Shown here: piece after piece, positions 24,851-32,000 of the stretch
Numbering within the stretch: the first letter of the stretch is position 1
Layout: each line of letters begins with the position of its first letter
DNA from: Magnetococcales bacterium DCbin4
Lineage (GTDB): Bacteria; Pseudomonadota; Magnetococcia; Magnetococcales; UBA8363
Direction of reading: 5' to 3'
NCBI GenBank assembly: GCA_002753735.1
Contig: PEAN01000007.1
Span: 63,883-95,882, forward strand
DNA: 32,000 nucleotides
Position numbers and translations under genes: made by a program
The notes under the pieces: generated by a model
Seen by the model: the letters and a program-made list of their open reading frames with translations, nothing else
Databases searched by the model: none
What the model was told of the DNA's origin: nothing

Positions 24851-25725
24851 TCACGGCAGCAAAGGCAGGCCCAGTTCGGCGAGGAATTGGTTGTGGCGCT
24901 GTTTGGCCGCAACGATCTTTTCCTCGGCGGCCATGAGGTCGGCATGAACTGCGGCAAGATCGATCTCTTCTTCCGCTTTTGCGGTGCTCACGTAGCGCGA
25001 GATGTTCAGGTTGAAATCATGCTCGTTTTCGATGATCTCCAATGACACACACCGCGAGTAGCGGGCTTCTTCCTTGCGGTGCCGGTAGGTGTCGATGATC
25101 TTTTCAATGTGTTCGGGCAAGAGCTGGTTTTGCCGCTTGCCTTTCTCGTAGTGTTCGGCGGCATTGATGAACAGCACATCATCCGGCTTCTTGCATTTCT
25201 TCAGCACCAGGATGCACACCGGGATGCCGGTGGAGAAGTGCACAGTTGTCCATTACGGTCGGCATAGGTTTTGCCCAGCTTGTCCGAGGCCAGGCTGATT
25301 TCCGAGAACAGCCCACGGAAGGTGCTGTCGAAGGATTCGTTCTCGATGTATTTGAAGCCATTTTGCAGTGAGGCCAACAACGCCTCGTCCTGCGTGCGCG
25401 CCATCTCGGTCAGGCTGGTCCACAGGTATTCCGGGCGGATCACGTAATGCACCTTGCGGCGCATCTGCTTTTCGAGTTGCGCCGTGTCGTTCGGGTTTTG
25501 CGTATACCACACCGCCAGCGGCGCACGGTGGTCGCCTTCGGGCATTGTGGGATAGTCCGGCCCAAGCTCCTTATGCGCCGCCGCTTCAAAGTTGTCGGAC
25601 AGGTGGCGCAGGAACAGAAAAGCCAGCATGTAATCGCGAAAATCGTCCGCGTTCATCGCCCCGCGCAATTGGTCGGCAATATTCCAGAGGATTTTGCCCA
25701 GCTTCTGTTTTTCGAGTTCGGTCAT
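24851..25725 (-). pseudogene. hsdM: Type I restriction-modification methyltransferase subunit HsdM with internal deletion and frameshift
   Basis: N-terminal ORF (25201-25725) MTELEKQKLGKILWNIADQLRG...SLASDKLGKTYADRN runs directly into C-terminal ORF (24851-25243) HFSTGIPVCILVLKKCKKPDDVLFINA...LPLLP in another frame. The SAM-binding and NPPF-containing middle is absent. Confidence 0.88.
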
Positions 25726-25790
25726 CCGTGGTCCAAAAAATCTGGTTCAATCGATTTGCGGGTTGTCCTGTTATTGTGTTTTACGATCCG

Positions 25791-26807
25791 TCATGATACA
25801 AGGCCGGTGCGATGTTTGATCTTGTTTTCCAGTGCTTTCAACTCGGCTTCGTCCTGCGCATCCGCCGCTTGCGCCTCTTGGGTTTTGCGGTGTTGGTCGT
25901 AGTTCAGAAACATCGGGGCAATCTGTTGCTCCATCCGCATGTGGCGCATGGACCCCGCCCCGGCCAGGAGGGGGAAATCATTCGCGGTGATGATTTGCCC
26001 AACGTTCTCCTGCCAGAAACTCATGTGGGTGATGGTTTGCCGTTTGGCGCGCAATTCGGCGGTTTCCAGAAAGATGACCACCAGTCGGTTCAGGGTGTCG
26101 ATTTCATCTTCGGTCAAATAATTCTTGGCAATTATAATATCTTGCTTGCGTACCCGCGCGCCTTTCCAACTGAGCAGGCCAAAGTGTGCATCTGCGGGGT
26201 TGGCGCGGGCGAGGATGATTTCGGCGGCGGTTTGCCGTGTCACCGCGTACAATAGCAGGTATTGCACCGTGGCGAAAAATTGCTGGGTAGCCCGATCGGA
26301 CTTGTCGTAATCGACTGCCAGTGCGAACAGGTCGCGCACCTTTTGATAAAACCGCTTTTCCGAGGCACGAATGTCGCGGATGCGCGCCAGCATCTCATCG
26401 AAATAGTCCGGGCGGCCATCGGGGTTCTTGAGCCGCTCGTCGTCCATGGCAAACCCCTTGCGCAGATATTCCGTCAGCACTGTACTGGCCCATCGGCGAA
26501 ACTGAACCCCGCGCGGCGAACGCACGCGGTAGCCCACCGCCAGAATGGCGTCGAGGTTGTAGAGGGTGACCGGGCGGCGCACGTCCCGGGCACCCTCGGT
26601 TTGAACTACCGAGGATTCCTCGGTAGTTGCTTGCCAAACCAGTTCACCATCGGCATAGATATGTTTGAGATGCAGCCCGATGTTGTCCGTACTGACCTTG
26701 AACAGCTCCGCCATCTCACGTTGCGTGAGCCAAACCGTGCCCCGGTCGGCCCGCAGTAGCAATCGGCTTTGCCCGTCTTCGCTGGTGTAGAGGATGAGCT
26801 GCGTCAC
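25791..26807 (-). CDS. rhuM: RhuM family protein (virulence RhuM/Fic-DOC-associated type)
   Basis: VWLTQREMAELFKVSTDNIGLHLKHIYADGEL, TLYNLDAILAVGYRVRSPRGVQFRRWAS and ITANDFPLL. Full length, 338 aa. Confidence 0.9.
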   Translation of the reverse strand: MTQLILYTSEDGQSRLLLRADRGTVWLTQREMAELFKVSTDNIGLHLKHIYADGELVWQATTEESSVVQTEGARDVRRPVTLYNLDAILAVGYRVRSPRGVQFRRWASTVLTEYLRKGFAMDDERLKNPDGRPDYFDEMLARIRDIRASEKRFYQKVRDLFALAVDYDKSDRATQQFFATVQYLLLYAVTRQTAAEIILARANPADAHFGLLSWKGARVRKQDIIIAKNYLTEDEIDTLNRLVVIFLETAELRAKRQTITHMSFWQENVGQIITANDFPLLAGAGSMRHMRMEQQIAPMFLNYDQHRKTQEAQAADAQDEAELKALENKIKHRTGLVS

Positions 26808-27469
26808 GCCGACTCCTCGTCCTGCGCGGGGAAAAGCTGCTGCATCAAACTCTTTTTGTGGCGCTTCAAGATCTCAAGCTTTTGCTCTTGGGCGGCGATG
26901 AGGTCGTCGAGGGAGGAGAGGCAGTCGGCGATTTTTTGTTGTTCTCTATGGGAAGGGATGACCACCCTGATACTTTCCAACGTACTTTTATTGACAGAGG
27001 GAACGGCACCACCACAATGGGCGTTCAAATCAATTAATTGCGAGAGTAGGAATATGAAGTAATTGTCAGCAAAACTATTCTTAGCGCTGATCCCTGCCGC
27101 ATTATTGTCTATCAGACATTCAGTCGCGGTGAGTGCACGTCTGTTAAGTCGCAGTGCCTCTCCAATCTTTGCAAAGACCGTGCTGCCTGTAGGTAGTGGC
27201 TTTGCCCTCAGCTGTATTAATTCTTCATCGTCAATATAGTTGCTTGCCTTGCACAAGATCCCTCCTTGTTCGGCAACGGCCCTTGAAATGTCACTTACTT
27301 TGCAAAATGGATATTTGCCTTTTATTTTTCCCTGTAAGACCTCAGGAAATCCATAACCTTGAAGGACATTACAAACATCTCCAAGCTTTTCGTTTTCCCA
27401 CTCCCCCGCCTCCCGAAACTCCGGAAACCGCAGCCGGGGCACCAGGGGGCGTTTCTTCTTCCCGCTCAT
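26804..27469 (-). CDS. hsdS: Half-length type I restriction specificity subunit HsdS (single target-recognition domain)
   Basis: N-terminal PRLRFPEFREAGEWENEKLGDV, one TRD, then a terminal conserved helix REQQKIADCLSSLDDLIAAQEQKLEILKRHKKSLMQQLFP. 221 aa instead of the usual ~400. Confidence 0.82.
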   Translation of the reverse strand: MSGKKKRPLVPRLRFPEFREAGEWENEKLGDVCNVLQGYGFPEVLQGKIKGKYPFCKVSDISRAVAEQGGILCKASNYIDDEELIQLRAKPLPTGSTVFAKIGEALRLNRRALTATECLIDNNAAGISAKNSFADNYFIFLLSQLIDLNAHCGGAVPSVNKSTLESIRVVIPSHREQQKIADCLSSLDDLIAAQEQKLEILKRHKKSLMQQLFPAQDEESA

Positions 27470-28529
27470 GCCGTGCGCTCCTCTTCGTAGGCAGCCAAGC
27501 CCGCAATTTCTCGCCCCTGGGCCAGCTTGTGCAGCAGGGGGGCGAGTTCATCCATGAGGTTGAGTTCGGCCTTGGTGCGCGCTTTCCAGCCCAAATCCTG
27601 ACTGGCGAAAAGATCGGAGATGTGTTCGCCGTCGAAGATGTGTCGGCGCAGCACCGCATCGACAAACTCTTGCAGTGCCTGCGCCTCCAGCTTGTGGCGG
27701 ATGGCCAACTCGGTGATGGCCTTGGTTTTCTTCTCCGTCTTGAAGCGCTCGAAGCCGTCGCGGACGGTTTTTTCATCCAGTGCCTGCCCTACCGGCAGGC
27801 TGTGGATGTAGTCGGCGATGTCGTCGCGCTCCTCCAGAAACTTGGCATCCGACCGGATGAGGCCGATCAACTGCTCACGGGTCATGGTGCGCCTGCCGGG
27901 CACCGGCTGGGTCGAACGGGCGATGAGGCCCATGATATAGTCATAATCGATGATGGCGCTGGCAAAAAGCACGAACTCGAAAAATACCAGGTATCGGCGC
28001 GGTTGCTGACGATGAAGAGCTGGATGAAACACAAGAGCGTGTTGCCATAGCCATTGCCGGGGTCATTCTTGTAATCGATGATCTGCTGCATGGCACGGCG
28101 CGGATTGACAGAGAGGGTTTTCAGCTCGATCTGCACCACCGGCACGCCATTGATGAGCAGCACCACGTCGTAGCGGTGGTGGCTGCTGTGGTTGTTGATG
28201 CGAAGCTGATTGACCACCTCGAATGCGTTTTTGCACCAATCCTTGATGTTGACGAGCGTGTAGTTGAGCGGGGTGCCATCGTCGCGTTCGAAGGCGTTGA
28301 TGCTGCGCAACATCTGCGCGGCATGGAAGAGGTCGGGCGTGGTGATGCTGTCCAGGAGGCGTGCGGATTCGCCTTCGGTGAGCTTGACCCGGTTGAGGGT
28401 CTCGAACTTGACGCGGAAGTTGGTCTCCAGAGCGGCGCGGTCACGGATGTCGGGACGAGGGGTGTATTTAAGCTCGACCAGCTTGCCGATGAGGTCTTGC
28501 TCGATTTGGTGTTCTGATGTCGTCATCAA
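27466..28529 (-). pseudogene. hsdR: Type I restriction endonuclease subunit HsdR with large internal deletion and frameshift
   Basis: N-terminal ORF MMTTSEHQIEQDLIGKLVELKYTPRPDI...YDVVLLINGVPVVQIELKT...FIVSNRADTWYF is joined out of frame near 27980 to the C-terminal part EFVLFASAIIDYDYIMGLIARS...MTREQLIGLIRSD...GLAAYEEERTA. The helicase motor motifs are absent. Confidence 0.88.
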
Positions 28530-28572
28530 TCCATCCTTAAGATGCCGAATTTAAAAAAATATTAATAAAAAA

Positions 28573-28689
28573 AAGGTGCCTTAAGGGATTGCCCCCAGGG
28601 TTTTGATTTTGGTTTTGGTTTTGATTTTGATTTGACATCCCCCACAGGGGGTCTGGGGGACGAAGTCCTCCAGGGTTTTGATTTTGATG
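28573..28689 (-). repeat. Composite palindromic repeat, type B copy 2
   Basis: Reverse complement AAAATCAAAACCCTGGAGGACTTCGTCCCCCAGACCCCCTGTGGGGGATGTCAAATC...AAAACCCTGGGGGCAATCCCTTAAGG matches 17055-17140. Confidence 0.8.
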
Positions 28690-28757
28690 CGTATCTTCTA
28701 CCTGAAAGATCAACTATTTGACCGAATTTTTGAACATGCGGCCTTGAAGGATGCGCA

Positions 28758-28967
28758 TCAGTCGAACGTGTATTCCTCAAATACCTGTTCTTCCCTGGCA
28801 AGACGGATCACCTTGATCAGGGAATAGGGCAGATCGGGGTTTTCCTCGGCAATTTTGCCGATCCGGGACCAGTATTCGATCTGCCCGGGCAGGGAACGAT
28901 GGAAAACCTGGCCATGGCGTTTGGCCTCGGCCACCAGTTCATCGGAAAGTTCTATGTTTACAGGCAT
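28758..28967 (-). CDS. ParD-like antitoxin of type II TA system
   Basis: MPVNIELSDELVAEAKRHGQVFHRSLPGQIEYWSRIGKIAEENPDLPYSLIKVI. An ATG at 28967 is more plausible than the longer ORF. Confidence 0.82.
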   Translation of the reverse strand: MPVNIELSDELVAEAKRHGQVFHRSLPGQIEYWSRIGKIAEENPDLPYSLIKVIRLAREEQVFEEYTFD

Positions 28968-29041
28968 CCCATTCTCCTTCAATGTTGGGTTCATATTAAT
29001 CCAAAACGGACCGGGAAGGAACCTGAGGAAAGGAGTAAAAA

Positions 29042-30931
29042 TTACGGAAACGCATGTCTCAAACAGGCATCGAACTGCATGACCGCCCACAAGGGTTGAC
29101 TGAATTCTCGTCGGCCTTGAAGGTGTTCGTCGATCATCCATCCTAAAAATTCAAGATTCAATCCCCCCGGGGTGGCCAGACGGGGTTCGGTGGTGAGTTG
29201 TTGGAGACGTGGCGCCAGGGGGTGTCGCAACCATTGGGCAATCGGGGCGATGAAGCCCATTTTGGGGCGGTTCAACAATTCTTTTCCCAGCAGTCCGGTC
29301 AACCCCTCTTTGAGCAGGGATTTCCCGACGCCACGGTGCAGTTTGAATTCCGCCGGGAGTTGGAGCATCCAGGTGACCAGTTCATGATCGAGCAGGGGGA
29401 CGCGGACCTCCAGGCCATGGGCCATGCTGGCGCGATCCACCTTGGTGAGGACCCGTCCGGCGAGAAAGGTTTTGAAGTCGAGATATTGTAACCGTGCCAG
29501 GGGGTGTTCGGGGGCGAAGGGTGCCAGTTGCCGAAAAACTTCCCGTCCCTGATACCCCTGAAGCGATGCATGCAGGGCAGGGGAGAAAAGTCGTTGGCGC
29601 AGGGCTGCGGGCATGATGGAGACCGCCTGGAAATAGCCGTCAATGCTATCGGTGGCAAGCGACTGGAAGGTCGATTTGGCCCGGAACATCCGGGGGAGGC
29701 GGTCCCCTTTGGGATAAAACCGCCCCAGGGGGCCGAACAACATCCGGCGCAGGTTCAAAGGGAGAACCGCCTTGACCCGTTCTTCCACCATGACCCGCCG
29801 ATATCGGTCGTACCCCGCCATCGCCTCATCGCCGCCATCGCCCGAAAGGACCACCTTGACCCGTTTCCGGGCCATGTCGCAGACCATCCAGGTGGGCAGG
29901 GAGGAATGGTCGGCGAACGGTTCGTCATGGTGCCAGGCCAGACGGTCCAAAAGATGAAAATGGGTCGGATCCGCTTGTTCCACCTCATGCCGCAAACCGT
30001 GTTTCCGCGCCACTTCGGCGGCCCATCGGGTTTCGTCGAAGGCGGGATCGGCAAACGAAACGGTGCAGGCGGTGACGGGGGCGCTTTGGGCCTGGGCCAT
30101 GAGGGCGGCCACGGCGCTCGAATCAACCCCGCCCGACAAAAAAGCAGCCAGTTCGACATCTGCAATCATGTGGCTGTGGACCGCTTCCCGCAACCGCACC
30201 ATCAACTCCTCCCGGGCCGCCGCCCGGTCGGGGTGGGGGCGGGGTTCAATGGCCAGATCCCAGTAACGTTGTGGGGGCGGTATCGATTGTCCCGTTGTGA
30301 GTTCCATCTGGTGTCCGGGGGGGAGCTTATGGGCGCCAGCAAACAACGTCAGGGGGTCGGGCACATATCCCAGGGCAAAAAAACATTCGATGGCCCGTGG
30401 TTCCAGGATCCGCTCGAACCGGGGATGGGCGGTGATCCCCTTGAGTTCCGAGGCGAATGCCAGCCAGCCATCCTTGAGCAACGCCCAATGTAAAGGTTTG
30501 ATCCCCAACCGGTCGCGCGCCAAAAACAGGGTCGATTTCTTCCGGTCATGAATGGCAAAGGCGAACATCCCGCGCAATCGATCGGTCAGGCCGGGTCCCC
30601 AGGCTTCCCAGCCATGGACCAGGACTTCGGTATCGCTGCGGGTCGCAAAACGATGGCCCAGGGCGATCAATTCATCGGTCAAGGTTTGAAAATTATAGAT
30701 TTCGCCGTTGAAGACGACGGCGATCTGGCCATCTTCGTTGAACAGGGGTTGTCCGCCCCCCTCCAGGTCGATGATGGAGAGCCGCCGATGACCCAGGCCG
30801 ACGCCGGGGGCCAGGTGCAACCCTTCACCATCGGGTCCGCGATGGCGCTGGCTTTGGTTCATCCCCGCCAAAAGATCACGTTCCGGGATCCGCATCCCGG
30901 TCAGATCAAACAATCCTACGATTCCGCACAT
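29042..30931 (-). CDS. asnB: Asparagine synthase (glutamine-hydrolysing); exosortase/EPS-associated amidotransferase type
   Basis: MCGIVGLFDLTG, QRHRGPDGEG, RRLSIIDLEGGGQPLFNEDGQIAVVFNGEIYNF, LSGGVDSSAVAALM and LSGDGGDEAMAGY. Confidence 0.9.
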   Translation of the reverse strand: MCGIVGLFDLTGMRIPERDLLAGMNQSQRHRGPDGEGLHLAPGVGLGHRRLSIIDLEGGGQPLFNEDGQIAVVFNGEIYNFQTLTDELIALGHRFATRSDTEVLVHGWEAWGPGLTDRLRGMFAFAIHDRKKSTLFLARDRLGIKPLHWALLKDGWLAFASELKGITAHPRFERILEPRAIECFFALGYVPDPLTLFAGAHKLPPGHQMELTTGQSIPPPQRYWDLAIEPRPHPDRAAAREELMVRLREAVHSHMIADVELAAFLSGGVDSSAVAALMAQAQSAPVTACTVSFADPAFDETRWAAEVARKHGLRHEVEQADPTHFHLLDRLAWHHDEPFADHSSLPTWMVCDMARKRVKVVLSGDGGDEAMAGYDRYRRVMVEERVKAVLPLNLRRMLFGPLGRFYPKGDRLPRMFRAKSTFQSLATDSIDGYFQAVSIMPAALRQRLFSPALHASLQGYQGREVFRQLAPFAPEHPLARLQYLDFKTFLAGRVLTKVDRASMAHGLEVRVPLLDHELVTWMLQLPAEFKLHRGVGKSLLKEGLTGLLGKELLNRPKMGFIAPIAQWLRHPLAPRLQQLTTEPRLATPGGLNLEFLGWMIDEHLQGRREFSQPLWAVMQFDACLRHAFP

Positions 30932-32000
30932 CGAAACGCCATCTGCGCAACCCCTTTCGGGTCAGGTGGGAAATCAACATTCCCGGTGGCATTCGCAGCC
31001 AGTGGGAACGCACATAAAGCAGACTCCAGGCCAGCCAGGAGGTGAATTCCAACCGGTCGGGATTGCCCGGGGTCATGATCCGGGCGATGAGTGGGTTCAT
31101 GAGGGTCCTGGCAAGGAGTCCCGGTCCCCGGGGTTCATGCTCCATCGCCTCAAGGATGCCATCGGGAATGGGGGTTGCCAACAACTTTTTGCAAAAATGC
31201 AGGGCATAATACACAGGTCGGATCAAGTCCAACGCCTGGGCGCGTGGGAGGAGGAGGCTCCAGAAGGTTGTGTCCGTCGCCCAATGACGGAACAGGCCAT
31301 CCAGATCCAAGAGTCCCCGCAACCCCTTGTCGAAATCGCTGTCGTAGAACAGATGGACGGCGGCGTGGATGACCAGATCGGTGGGGGCCAGGGTTTTGAG
31401 GTCGGGATGGTCGGGCAGGATCCGGGCCGCCTCGAAGAGCAGTCGGGGATCGGGGCGCAACCGGCTGGTTTTGGGCAGGATGGTGTGATGAATGTCGAGT
31501 TCGGTCATCCGTTGCCGATGGCGCAAGGGGGGGAGTTCGTGCATCCATTCCCGGTAGTAACGTTGATCGTAGGGATGGAGCGTCGCCGGTTGCCACCCAT
31601 GTTGTGCCATGAGGGTTTCGATACGGGGAAATGCCTGGGGATCCATCAAAATGTCAAGGTCGGACACATGCCGTCCCCGGGACATGGGGAGATCGAGAAA
31701 CACATAGGCCGCACCTTTGAGCAGGATGACCTCCAGGCCGCTTCGCCACAGGGCGCGTTGGACCCGGTTGACTTCCCAGAGCAACATCCGCCGGTCCTCC
31801 AGGGCCAGCATGCGGGCGCTCGTCAGGTGGTTGTTCACCCGGGGGGACAGATGGTCCAACAATCCCTGTTCCCGGAAGATGGCTTCCAGTCGTCCCAGAA
31901 GACCGGCACGCCGGGCCTGGCGCAACAAAAGATCCTGCCGGGCAGGTTCCAGGTGCGCAAATCGTTCCGGTTGAAAAAACAGTTGCACCAGCGTCACCAT
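30906..32000 (-). CDS. Uncharacterised nucleotidyltransferase family protein
   Basis: EVILLKGAAYVFLDLPMSRGRHVSDLDILMDPQAFPRIETLMAQHGW. ATG is at the window edge; the C-terminus overlaps the asnB start by 26 bp. Confidence 0.82.
   Translation of the reverse strand: MVTLVQLFFQPERFAHLEPARQDLLLRQARRAGLLGRLEAIFREQGLLDHLSPRVNNHLTSARMLALEDRRMLLWEVNRVQRALWRSGLEVILLKGAAYVFLDLPMSRGRHVSDLDILMDPQAFPRIETLMAQHGWQPATLHPYDQRYYREWMHELPPLRHRQRMTELDIHHTILPKTSRLRPDPRLLFEAARILPDHPDLKTLAPTDLVIHAAVHLFYDSDFDKGLRGLLDLDGLFRHWATDTTFWSLLLPRAQALDLIRPVYYALHFCKKLLATPIPDGILEAMEHEPRGPGLLARTLMNPLIARIMTPGNPDRLEFTSWLAWSLLYVRSHWLRMPPGMLISHLTRKGLRRWRFDVRNRRIV

Noticed and set aside
24523-24957. 144-aa minus-strand ORF over ccdA and the hsdM/ccdA gap
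   Set aside because: Overlaps the well-supported ccdA and hsdM 3' ends in another frame; no domain content.
26262-28050. Plus-strand ORFs across rhuM and hsdR (26262..26759, 27196..28050, 28176..28517)
   Set aside because: Antisense to recognisable RhuM and HsdR sequence.
29504-30493. 329-aa plus-strand ORF opposite asnB
   Set aside because: Antisense to an intact asparagine synthase; no motifs.
1-32000. CRISPR arrays, tRNA or rRNA genes
   Set aside because: No regularly spaced direct repeats and no convincing tRNA cloverleaf or rRNA-like sequence seen by eye. A tRNAscan/Infernal run would be decisive.

Overview
This is a GC-rich chromosomal window. Gene content and repeat style suggest an alphaproteobacterium or Magnetococcales-like organism, but that assignment is an inference. 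Left part: radA 3' end, a HAD hydrolase, a conserved hypothetical, a split pqiA pair with pqiB and pqiC, an exported alpha-acetolactate decarboxylase, a REC-PAS-GGDEF-EAL protein and a Ppx/GppA phosphatase. Middle: a phage-like regulatory cassette (Mor-like regulator, small ORF, divergent HTH/S24 repressor with operator-like palindromes), an orphan sigma-54 activator, an F0 ATP synthase operon (atpI-atpB-atpE-atpF'), dusB-ntrB-ntrC, engB, rsmB, and DedA and VOC proteins. Right part: an accessory island with a type I restriction-modification locus. In it hsdR and hsdM have lost their catalytic middles and hsdS is half length, while the embedded RhuM-family gene and the adjacent ccdAB toxin-antitoxin pair are intact. 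This is followed by an orphan ParD-like antitoxin, an exosortase-type asparagine synthase/amidotransferase and a nucleotidyltransferase. A family of palindromic, MITE-like intergenic elements is dispersed through the window. One copy supplies the last codons and stop of pqiA, and another sits in frame at the pqiB/pqiC junction. No complete new multi-gene system can be proven from sequence alone. The best leads are the eroded RM/RhuM/CcdAB island, the Mor/S24 operator array and the palindromic element family.
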